Shown here: positions 50,962 through 62,323 of the stretch, in pieces
Position numbering within the stretch: the stretch's first letter is position 1
Layout: the number at the start of each line of letters is the position of its first letter
From: Balanoglossus misakiensis
Taxonomy: Eukaryota > Animalia > Hemichordata
Reading direction: 5' to 3'
DNA length: 64,000 nt
Assembly (NCBI GenBank): GCA_040954595.2
Contig: CM082591.2
Span: 11,735,309 to 11,799,308, forward strand
Translations under genes and position numbers: made by a program
The notes under the pieces: model-generated
The model's database searches: none
Seen by the model: the letters and a program-made list of their open reading frames with translations, nothing else
What the model was told of the DNA's origin: nothing

Positions 50962-52675
50962 ATGAGGTTGCTGTTTGTCGTATCTGCTCTTCTGGTCATC
51001 TTGAATCGTGGCCTCGAAGCCGGGCACCCATTTCGTTCTCAGCCATGGGTTTGTTCGTCTGCCCAAATCACGGCTAACAATGACGCCATATACGACATTG
51101 TCCAAACGCACGGCGTGGAGTGTTTCGACGAGATCATGACGTTACCCGACATATTGGAAAAGGAGGATCCGATTCACACAACGAGGTTCTTGAAAGTTGT
51201 CGGCAGCTACATCGGACCATCCAAGACATTCAGAGCTGTGGACATTGTGATTGACAAGTTGGACACACTGACAAGCCTGGTAAAGCCAAATAAGAACTTT
51301 AAAAAAAGACAATTATGGATAATATTTTCCCTAGGCATTCCGAACGAGTGTGGTGGAGTAATCGAAGACGAGTGCATGGTTCTAGTAACTAGACAAGTAT
51401 AGAATTTTGGCGACTGTGTCAGAAGATCCATTTAGTGTTGGATATGGGTTGTGAGAACGCCAGAAATTCCATCCAAAATCACCAATTCACGCTCACACCT
51501 GTCTCTTCATCACCTTCATCATCCGACCAGCAGACCAACTAATGTATCCCACCACTAAACATGACAACTTTTGCCTGATAGGCGAGGTGGTGAATATCGC
51601 ATCGATGACAATTCACAGACGAGCAGCCTATAGCACTGGAAGATTCAATTTCCCGGTGGTGACTTGCGGGTCCATGATGCACTGTACATATCGTGTGATA
51701 TCACCTGTTTAACTTTTCCTCTCTGTTCACACTGTATTCGTACGAGACCCTTACTTATTGCTATAAGATTAGTCCATGATTGTTTCTGTTTGCATTTCAC
51801 AGCAGGGGTCCAAGATATCCGATGACGAACTGGTTAGAGGCTGCATGAATTGCACACTTCACATGTACGTTGACAACAGACTCGTCGAAACGTGCTACGA
51901 CCTTGATGTAAGTTTGAAGAGAATATTAAAGGGACAAAGTTGCTCTCTCGCCCATTTTCCCGTTTTTTTTTGTATTTTAATAATACAAGAAACCGACGAT
52001 TTATGTTATTCTACATGTGGATATATAGTGAATCAACGTTCACCACACACAGATTCAATCCCACTTGTAGACACAAGAGTGAAAAACTCACCAAAATGAA
52101 TACTCGGTCTCTACTACTAGTATATATCCACATGTAGAATAAACGTTACCTTGTATTAATTATAATTAATGGGAAAAAGGGAGCGAGAGAGAGACTTTGT
52201 CACTTTAAATATTCTATTAGTATCTGTCCATATATTCAATATATTAATCAGGTTAACATTATTCCAATTCTCTCCGGTATTGATTTCATCTCAAAGTCAA
52301 AAATGGGATTTGATCTGCAAAAAGAATGGGCGAACAAGCCATACTAGTTTTGCATACAATCTCCAGTTCTACCAGCTTGACCCCGAACCATTATCCGCCA
52401 GTTTTCGGAATGTGGTTTGTTTTGCTATTAAATTAAAATATTAATTCTCGTATACAGGAAAAGAAAACAGCGACTGACAATTTGTTGTCTTTCTTCAATA
52501 GGTGTGCCCAGAGAAAGTCTCCGAGTTTATACACTGGCATCCAGAGGGAAACGTCACATTTTTGGCAAATGCTGAATATTGTTCCTACACACGTATCGAC
52601 GATACCGACAACTATTACTGCAAGTACTATCATCCAGAACAGAATCTGGAGTATTTACAGCATCTCGAAGTTTAA
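50962..52675 (+). pseudogene. Secreted cysteine-rich protein gene of unknown family, apparently disabled
   Basis: Signal-peptide-like MRLLFVVSALLVILNRGLEA; TATAAA at ~50900. Exon-like blocks 50962-51279, 51335-~51669 (in-frame stops, frame change), 51803-51907, 52502-52675 (VCPEKVSEFIHWHPEG..YCKYYHPEQNLEYLQHLEV*). Confidence 0.55.
51930..52204. mobile_element. Kolobok-type MITE K3
   Basis: TTAA|AGGGACAAAG...CTTTGTCACT|TTAA. Confidence 0.75.
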
Positions 52676-52913
52676 TACTGAGACCATTTTCAGAACTCCA
52701 AGAGAGATCTCGCCTGGCTAAGCAGTTTGTACGGGAGGGCATTCTCATGTGATACACAAACAAAACACGGCACAAAAGTTACATTTTTTGTTAAACTCAG
52801 TACCTATTCTAATTTCATACAAAGCTTGACTTGTATTACAGAGAAACTTTACTGGATAGTAAACTCCAAATCTCACGAATTTCGGCAAACTAGTGCAAAA
52901 AGAGGATTTAACA

Positions 52914-53926
52914 TTTTTAGGTCCCATTGGTATAGGCCTATATACCATGGGACCTTATGGGATTGGTTGCGTCTGTATGTATGTATGGATGGATGGATGT
53001 ATGTATGGATGTATGTCCGTCCACATCAAAAACTTGAAAACTGCTGCGCGTATCACCTCAATATTTGGTGTGTAGGTGCAGGCTGGGCTGTAGATGGGAG
53101 TTTGCCCAAACGAAAATGCCAGGCCCAAAAATATGCAAATTAGTTTGTAAAATGTGAAATTGATCAAAACTCTGTAACTCAACAATTACTGGTCAGATTG
53201 CTTTGAAAATTGATATGTATGTACCTTATGTCAACCTCACACCGACCTGTAAGTGTTAAGTTGATATCATGGATGTTTTATTTTTTATGAATTTTTTAGT
53301 ATTTTTATTAAATTTATACCTTTACTTATACCTCTATGGTTAAGCTATGTGCACGTCTTATTGTGGAATTCTGGTCTGTGCAATAGTCCTGTACAGTGAC
53401 TGTCTATTGGCTAGTGAGCACAATGGGGCCAAAATAAAAGGCAAATTTTTGGGCTCACCTGTAACACCTGCTTAACACATTAATTATGTGCATACCTAAT
53501 TCTGGGCTAATTAATAGGGCTAGAGGTTTCGTTCTTGTGGGACATGGACCAGTATAGGGTCAAAATTTCTTGCCCAAATTTTGGGTGACCTCAGGTGACC
53601 TTTGACCTACTTTCCTATATCTGGGCATCCAGAGCAGGTACAGACTTGGCGTTTGGAGGGTTGGGACTAAAATTGAAAAGCCAAAATATGGGTCACCTGT
53701 GACACCTGCATATCTCATTAATTATGTGCATACCTAATTACAGGCTAACCAATAGGGCTATAGGTTTGGTTTTTGTTCAACATGGACCAGTATAGGGTCA
53801 AAATTTCTTGCCCAAATTTTGCATGACCTCAGGTGACCTTTGACCTACTTTTCCATATCTTGGCATCCAGAGCAGATATGCTTATTGTTATGTTGGGACC
53901 ACAGTGTCCTTGACGCTATTTTTTTT
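52914..53926 (+). mobile_element. Second HINE/Helentron-associated element
   Basis: T-run; 5' hairpin GGTCCCATTGGTATA..TATACCATGGGACC; (GTAT/GGAT)n; ~240-bp internal repeats; 3' TGGGACC; stem-loop AGTGTC-CTT-GACGCT; T-run. Confidence 0.75.
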
Positions 53927-54393
53927 CAAGTTCAACAACTAAACTGAGCTGCCATCAATCCATGACGACACTCGCCGACTCAATCTTGTGTATATTTATG
54001 TATGCATGCATGTACCAGATTAAAACAGAAGATCGAATGACACAATTGCTTCTAATAAATGCTCTTTATTCTTAATTTTAGTGTGAATTCTTAAATCAAG
54101 CAATGATCTCTCTGTATCAGTGTGACTGTCCATATCACTCAATGAAATGTCACATTTCTTCTCTCAAAATTCAATATGCACAGAGGACTTAGAATAGAGG
54201 AAAAAACATTACTGAGCCTCAGATGTCAGTTGACGTATGACCTGACTGTGGGCATGTATGAGAGTCCATCACAAAAAGTAAAGAAAAGACTATTTCCATG
54301 AAGAACTGCTGTGTGTAGTAGTGGTTATATAACGACAAGATTTGAAAGATATTTTTCCCAGCTATTAATAAAGTCCACCCAAGGGGGTTCACT

Positions 54394-54518
54394 TTATGAA
54401 TACACTGTGACTGATTCCATATTCAACAGTTGCAGAGTCTCTGCTATGATGGGTGCCGTGTCAAGCTTGGTGTTAATTCCAACGATGAATGCTTTCTGCA
54501 GTAAAACATTTGCATACT
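54394..54518 (-). CDS. INTS1: INTS1 terminal exon
   Basis: EYANVLLQKAFIVGINTKLDTAPIIAETLQLLNMESVTVYS*. Confidence 0.85.
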
Positions 54519-55045
54519 CTGAAACAAAAGAAAACAAAAGATCAGATGATCTGCGTTGACAAGGTATCAACTTACACTCAAAATTGTAATTATTGGCAAC
54601 AAGACTGTCTAATTCTACTATTGGCTGCACTGTGCTAACCAGTAAGTTCAGGTGTACACGCAAAATCCATTTGACCGAGAATCTGGGTGAAATAGGCTGT
54701 TACATGATGGCAAAGTCAAGATGATTACTGATGTCAAAACAATGCAAATTTATGCAATTGAAAGACTAGTTTTGTTTCATTTTACATTGTTGTAAAGTCT
54801 TCATTATTTAAAACTGTGAAAATCTCACAAAAGAAATCTCTATTTACTGATCAGAATGCTTGATATGCTGGCCAATGGCAGCCATAATTGTTCAATTCTG
54901 ACACTTTCTGTGAGCACAACAGTGGTTTAGAGAAATAGACTATCAACCACTGACCTAGTAACATCACACTTTCTCGTTTTGCTTCAGAATGGGAACATTT
55001 TAATTCTTTTAGAAACTCAATTCAGACTATCATAATAGGCCTTAC

Positions 55046-55155
55046 CTTGGCACAACAGAGCAAACTCAGGTAGATGTTGTAAAGCTACATTGACGACACT
55101 CTGGTCACTACTATGCAGACAATCAATGATGGCTGGCAGGAGTTCCTTGGCAGTG
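55046..55155 (-). CDS. INTS1: INTS1 exon
   Basis: TAKELLPAIIDCLHSSDQSVVNVALQHLPEFALLCQ; AG/GT flanks. Confidence 0.85.
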
Positions 55156-55384
55156 CTGTTGACAATCAGTGGAAAGTCTAATAAGTGGAGTACCAATAAT
55201 CGATATGCCTTTTTCATTTGCCCTTCCAAGACGATGCGAAAATGAGGCCAGAAAGTCATTGAGTAAAAATTCTATCGTATTGTGTTTGTCGTTATTGTTG
55301 GGACCAATGTTCGACAGCCACATTTTATTGTTAGGTAATTTTATGGGCAACTTGCATCATATGTAACAACTGCATAATAGTTAA

Positions 55385-56535
55385 AGTGGAACGTTGTGAT
55401 CCGTTTTTGAGCCAATTCTGCGAAATGCGATTAAAAAGTACTATGAAAAACGTTGGTTTCATTCACTTTCACTCACGCATAACAGAGCTACAGCCAGCCA
55501 AAAACTGCGCGAACCCGGAAGTGAGTGACGTCAGCAACTGTTGTCCGCTGCCGACGCGTTGGAGCGAGCCTATGCTTATACACGCCTGCACTCACGCGAC
55601 CGACGACGTTAGCATGGCAACATATTCTCGGGTAGTAGGCTACAATTTTGAACCAGAGATTCCCTTCTACGACCAAGCGACTGAATTTTACAGAGGACAA
55701 AAGTTCATGCAGTTCTGATCTCCGATGATGTCCCGTTTGTCAAGGCTTACACTTGGTGTGGTTTCAGTGAAACCATAGACACTCCATGGGTGAAACTCCC
55801 TTGTTGTCTCTCCCTCGTTGTCACCTTTTCGAACCACTTTTCTTACAAAAATACTTTGTCACCTTTTATGGAGTTGAAGAGAACGAAGGTGCATCGTCCT
55901 GCTCTCCAGGTGTAGTACGTCCGTAGTATAATGGAAGCCAATACCATAGTTATTCTATGCATGTTTCGTCTCTTGAAATGTATTAAAACTGCCCTTTTTA
56001 GTTGCTTTCATTTGATAACTATGCGATCGTCAATAAATGGAAATTAAACCCAAATACGTGTACCAAAATACGTGCAGGAAGGATTTAAAACGGTACGTTT
56101 ATTATTATCAGCGGCAGTTAGAACAACTTTGTATAGGCCTTACGGTTTGTTCATAAACGTCGACATGCATGGCATCTTGGACATTGCAGGGTCTATGTCT
56201 GCACGCATCGACAAATACAATACACGTAGAGCATTGCCTTTGAAAGAAACTTATCCCCGTCGATTTTCCGAATATGTTTTTAAAGTCATGAACTTGACAT
56301 TTCGCCATGTAGTGTCAGATCCGCGCAAAATGTGTCTGTTTATTGGAAATGACACGTCGAACGTGTAAGAGCCCTGCGCGTCGACTGCAACGCAAGTTGC
56401 TGACGTCACATTAGTATTTTCAACTCGCGTCTTCTGCTTGCGCAGGAAGTGAAAGTGAATTAACCCATCGGAACGTTGCCGTTTTTGACACCCGGTTTGG
56501 ACTTTGAAGCCCAAAATTGTGGGTGTCGTTCCTCT
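55385..56535 (-). mobile_element. Kolobok-type K1 copy C, in an INTS1 intron
   Basis: TTAA on both sides; inverted copy of 13093-14247. Confidence 0.9.
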
Positions 56536-56951
56536 TTAAACAGGAGATTCCAGACTTATATACACACATTCAATATAATGAAAGAGAAGTTATAAGAGCT
56601 ATTGGAGCTTTAATGTCTACATACCTGGGTTTTTGTCTAATGTCTCATGATTAATGTATATGCTTTACTACTGCATTGACTGTAACCGTCACTCATGAGC
56701 TGCATCAACTCAGTCTGTCATTAAAAAAAACAGAAAATTTATATCATTATTGGCATTCAAAATCATGATTCAATTGAATTTCACTTACAATATTCCTAGT
56801 TTCTAAGGAAAACTTTGGTTAGTGGTTTTGTTGAATTCAGAACTCTCAAATGACACTTATGCAGGTCTTCAAGCAATGCCCGAGTCACTCAAGCTTTGGA
56901 ACTGAACCAAGTCTTGGCTGTGAAAGTGACAAAACTTCAGAGTAAACTTAC

Positions 56952-57022
56952 CGTGAAATAATGCAAGATATCCACTTTCCGTTTGGAAATGTCGTCCAAT
57001 TCTTGAAGCCCTTCAAGTATCT
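56952..57022 (-). CDS. INTS1: INTS1 exon
   Basis: EILEGLQELDDISKRKVDILHYFT; AG/GT flanks. Confidence 0.8.
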
Positions 57023-57503
57023 CTGTAAAAAAACAGACAACAACAACCTCGTAAATCTGCACCGACTTTGATGTAGTTTCTGTCAAATTTAATCTGGTTT
57101 GCAGGCTCAGGATTCTGCCCAGATAAGAGTACAGATTGCTTATTAAAATTCATACTCATTAATATTTATGTCTGTTGCAAGTCATACCCATTCGTCGATG
57201 ATCAAAATGAGACAATAGACTGGGTTGAGTACGTAATAGTGCTTGTCGGCAGCCTTTACAAACTTTTTCGCTTGAGTGCCCATGGCATATCCAACAATGA
57301 GGCTGAATCTCCATAGAATTATCAGATGACATGTAGGGCGCCCTCTGGAAGACTTATGTTTGACATGTATTCTGGCTATTCAGCTTGACTCAAACACAGG
57401 ATTCTTGCACATTTGGACATAAATTCTGTGACCGCTTACTTTTTGCAATAGTGACAAGTGCATTAAATACATGTACTGCAAAAATAAGGAATGAAAAATT
57501 CAC

Positions 57504-57742
57504 CTTCAAGACTACTGTCGGAACCCAGTTTTATTTTGAGTGGTGTGACGTCCGACTTGGACCAGTGGGCCGCGGTCGATGAGGAGGCCATACCACTGAA
57601 TGCACCCATGCTTGACCCCCTTGTGACCTGGGTTGCCATAGTGACATAGGCCTGGGAATCCTTGGCACTTCTGCTGGGCAGTGCGACGCTGGCAACTAGG
57701 GCTTTCAATATGGACAGGTCAGGGTAGTAGTTACACAGATCA
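57504..57742 (-). CDS. INTS1: INTS1 exon
   Basis: DLCNYYPDLSILKALVASVALPSR...LGSDSSLE; AG/GT flanks. Confidence 0.8.
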
Positions 57743-58200
57743 CTATGGAAACATGGAGTAAGCGGTAATCAGTATACAACAAAGGAAGAATTGTTCCACA
57801 CTACATGTATTTCAATTATTACTAAAGCTCCAATACATGTAGCTGCCTTTTTCAACAGTATGGTACAACATGGTGGTCCATTTAAATGAATTTACGGATA
57901 GACATACACGATGCATATACATAAACACACATACATTGTACTCATATGCATACTGTGAGGTACCAAGGTAAATGTTACCGTGGTTCCTCAGTCATTTTAC
58001 CGGGGTTCCCCTTGGTATATCAGTGCAGTCATAGTTAAAGCAGAAGCGTTACTAGTGTTCCCCGGCCTAAGCAAAAACTCTGATACATATTTAGTCAATG
58101 CACATATTGCTAATTGGATGGATTCTTATCTTTTCAACAATGCACATGTTGAGTGCATACTCACTGTAAAATGTTGGCATGTTTTTCCAGCAATGTTGTT

Positions 58201-59420
58201 CAGTCAGGACGTAAGTGGGGTAATTACGGCGGTGAGATCAAAGAGATCTATTTGAATGTGAACGTCGATGAGTGGCAGTTACGGCCAGTTCGAAAAATTT
58301 TCAAACGGAGATTTTCGGTACTACAAGTGATTGTAGTGCACCCATTTTTCTAAGACGTTTATGAAACACCATAGTCAATGATAGGATGATTTTTCGTGAA
58401 GTTTTAACGACGCGTTCCCGAGAAAGACAGTTTCGGTATGTTGGTTTAAATTGTGGTCCTTGACTCTCGGCAAAGATTTCTTGTCTTGAAAAAAATTGGG
58501 TAGGTTAGGAAGATATTGAACTAAGTTACCGTGAAATTATAATAGTGTGAGCCGCTCCGTTGTGGAGTAATGACGGTGTAAAATTGCCTTCGCCATCGAC
58601 GAGTACAGCCGTGTTTGCCATATGTGTATGCATTGAAGTAGGTCAACGCATGTTAACCCATGACGTAATGGCTTCCTTTTCAACGCGTCGTTATCTCTCA
58701 TTAGCATATTACATACGGAGTCTATACACTACCCACGCTGACTGACTTCTCAGGACTGACCTATGGCACTGTAAATTGTGGTCCTTGACTCTCGGCATGG
58801 ATATATTCATGTCAAAATTATGAATAGAGGAGTTTAATAATGTTTCTAAAACCTGAGGGGGTTAATTTTTGTGTGGGTATGGCTGATATTTTTTTTTTGA
58901 TTTTTTAACTTCAAGGTCACTTTGAATTTCGTGATCACAATTTTGTCAGTGGAAGTAAAGAAATTCTTCTCGATAAAACTTCATGAAAAATCACATGTAG
59001 TACACTCATAGTACCAGTAATGTGCCTGGGGTGAAATAATTGTCAGAAATGGGTTGCAAGTTGCTTAACTTTCGTTGTGAAAAAAGTTGAAAAACTGTAT
59101 GCAAATGAGCAATTCAAACGTTACTGGCCAGTTCAAGTGTTTGCATTGCATGATCCCCTGCTGTTTAAAGTGAAGGGGTCGTCGCGCCGCATTTGTTTAT
59201 AAACATTACAAATCATCCACAACAAATTAGATCATTCTTAGAATGAACGAAGCAGCCAACTGTAGTGTAGACTGGGCATGGCAGCAACTGAAGATCCTAG
59301 TAGGTCGTGGCGACTGCAGTGGGGTTTGCGCTGGTATGGGAGGACATATTCTCATCAAGGGGGACACCCACGCGGCGCGAAGACCGCTTCCCTTTAATTA
59401 CCCCACTTACGTCCTGACTG
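58201..59420 (+). mobile_element. Academ-type MITE A1 (CAGTCAGG TIR) with a nested Kolobok MITE at 59169-59393
   Basis: Same TIR as 41184-43403; nested TTAA|AGTGAAGGGGTC...GACCGCTTCCCT|TTAA; flanks gtt/gta. Confidence 0.85.
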
Positions 59421-60240
59421 GTAAGGCACGCGGTCCCCCCCCCCCCTAGTACACTGGCGGTACAGGCGGGAAAGCGATTAGCAGCGTTTAATGAACTTGC
59501 ATGCATAATGTATCCCGCCCAGATACCGCGCTGATTAGCACCTCGTTAGTGTACTGTTGTGTTGCAGGCTTCTGATTTTGCTGACAGTCTTCAGCGTGTA
59601 CTCATATGGGTGAAAGGAGAGTGAGAATTGTGCATGATTATGTCAGTTTTGAACTTTCATGTCTGTTTTGGACTGAGAGCTGTTGAATGAGAGAGAGAGA
59701 GGGAGAGAGAGATCGCGCTCGAACAATCAGGGGGTCACGCAGACGTAATCTTTTCATTGGCGTGATACTGATATCACCACGTAACTTGCAATTCCCAAGA
59801 GTGCGACTGTACGTACGTAAACTGCATCAAATTCAACTCATTCACGTCATATGAGAGGAGGTATACCGTGCGAATGCGAGCGCTGGGGGAACCGGGTACC
59901 GCCTACTTGAAATGGACCTCTTCCCTTAGTGAAGTCAAATAATCATAATTATCTATCATGTAAGAAGTCAAAAATGTAAGAGAATGTTTTAATAAATATG
60001 TCAACTTATTATTTATATTCCCCTGTATATATTCCCCTGTAAATGTCTCATAATTTGAGGAATAATATTTTGGAAGCTGAACGGAAGTTGCAACTCAAAT
60101 CAAATTTCAACTTCTCCAATATATGGAATAACACTATAAGCCTACTGACTTGAGAAACTCAAATTGAATTTCAAATTCTCGAACAAACGAAAATATGTTT
60201 GAATGTAAGTAATCTTACTATAAAATTGACATGAAATTAC

Positions 60241-60420
60241 CTGTCGTTGGTGAAGCAAACTGAACAATGGACATGACAAATGATGTTTTCTGTGTAGATT
60301 ATAAATAAACTGACTCTCATCACTTGATGTTAGGATTTCTTGCATTGCCAGAATGATGTGATCACCAGAATTCTCTGATGAATCAAACAATTTCAGCCTG
60401 GAGATTTCCCTGGACAGTGT
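60241..60420 (-). CDS. INTS1: INTS1 exon
   Basis: TLSREISRLK...LHRKHHLSCPLFSLLHQRQ; AG/GT flanks. Confidence 0.8.
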
Positions 60421-60550
60421 CTGTGTGAGAAATGATGGCAAAATATTAATATCATTTATTAGGAAACCTGGCCAGTCACTGAGAAATCTGTCGGCCTTTA
60501 CAAAGTATAGTTCATAATCTTCTCATAAAATGATAAAGTTGCCGCAAAGG

Positions 60551-60730
60551 TATACAGTCACCTATAATTTACATACGCCCATATATGGCTGAAATGGCGT
60601 ATTTGAGCGTTCTAAAGGACATATGGCGGCGCTCTTTTTTTCGCGTGTGCCACCCACTGAAAATCTGTGATTGGCTAGATCTCAAGTTTACCATGGTAAC
60701 TGTAGTTAAATTACCATAGGTGACAATATA
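60551..60730. mobile_element. Short IR-bounded element
   Basis: TATACAGTCACCTAT...ATAGGTGACAATATA. Confidence 0.45.
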
Positions 60731-61318
60731 CCTTAACATATCATATTTCTTCTGGGAAGTGTAATTGTTTTAAGATCAAATATTACATGAACATACCAAT
60801 TGTATGCCTCTCAGATATTGTCTTTCCGTTGATGCACTCAATTTGTGCTCACCAATACTGAATAGCTGTAAATATAATCAAAGGAGAAGAAATCACTCAC
60901 TCATTAGCAATGATACTGCAAAAGTGGAAGTGACTGATTTTGAGTATGAAGTTGGAAAAGAGTCCCAGTACAGTGTAGAGAGGTTTCCAGATTAGGTAGA
61001 TTTTGCTGTCCAACCATTTTCACACAACGGCCATAAAACTTAAAGAAGAACTATTAAATTACCCAGCCTGATAAGTTTTGTGGTGTTTGGAAAGTTGTCC
61101 ATGTCTGATGACACAAGATCAGCTTTTGATTGTAACATGAGACATGATCAGTTGTGTTTTGGTTCAAAAGAACATGACCTGGTTTAAGAAGCCTTGCAAC
61201 TTCAGGTGACTACAGAAGGAGCTATACTGTGCCCATTGGCCTTGATTTGACTGAGAAACCATGATTTACTGAAAAGCCACTTGGAAAAGGGTCCACTTTA
61301 TTTCTAAACCAAACTTAC

Positions 61319-61446
61319 CTTCAGGAAGATCATCTTGGCTGACTCTTGACTATCTACAGTGACTTTTCTTGCATCCATCTTGGCTGCAACATCTTTCTTT
61401 TCATCCACCTGCATTGCCTCACTTTTCTCCTCTTTCTTTTCCTCAT
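61319..61446 (-). CDS. INTS1: INTS1 exon (charged linker)
   Basis: DEEKKEEKSEAMQVDEKK...AKMIFLK; AG/GT flanks. Confidence 0.7.
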
Positions 61447-62250
61447 CTGCAAATAAAAATTGTGTTATGTCCAGGAAATATTATTTACTTTCTGAGAAGA
61501 AACTGGAATATCTAGCTTTGCAAATCAGTTAGTGAAATAAGAGAACGCAAACAATTAATTGTCATGAAATAGTCACCTCTGTTAATATCGCGAAAAATTT
61601 CCCATCACAAAAATTACCAAGATTACAGTAACCTAAAAATATAAAATCCTAATAATGTCCAAAGTTGAAGAATTCTATATGTATGACTTAACTTTTGAGA
61701 CACTATTTCACAACACAAATACTAGTACCTTTGTTCTCTTTATCCAGGAATGAATTTTTTTCCACCTTCTGCTCCTCTCATCTGTTGAACTTCCACTAAC
61801 TGAGCCATGTATCCTTTGTCAACCACAGCCTGTTCCATACTGTACAGATCTGGTCTGCAGGCCATGTCGAGATGCTGCAGTAGTTTGCTGTGAAAAGAAA
61901 CAGAAGTGTTACATGTGTATGTGTGTTACAGGGCCAGATCACGGCACATCATGACAAAATCTTTGTGAATATGGTGCTAGCATCATGTTTATAGCAGATC
62001 ATGTGTATTCATACTTGTGGGCCAAATGACCTTAATATGTGGTTTGTTGTATGACTTAATTATAACACACACACCCAGTATTTTTAATAGTCCTGCTTGA
62101 AAGATCACAGAGTGTCTTTGGCTACTGAAAAGAGATAACTCACAACACCGAAGAGTAAATCTCTAAAGTTGTACCGGTAATTTAAACCAAGTATGGAAAT
62201 TGGGATGTACGGTAGCTTTGATGAGGAATAATTCTAGAATTACAACATAC

Positions 62251-62323
62251 CTCATGCTGTTGACTGGTATACCAAAGGACTGCACAAACAAGACCAACTG
62301 AGCTGGTTCCAAGTCTTCCAGGG
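62251..62323 (-). CDS. INTS1: INTS1 exon
   Basis: ALEDLEPAQLVLFVQSFGIPVNSM; AG/GT flanks. Confidence 0.9.
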
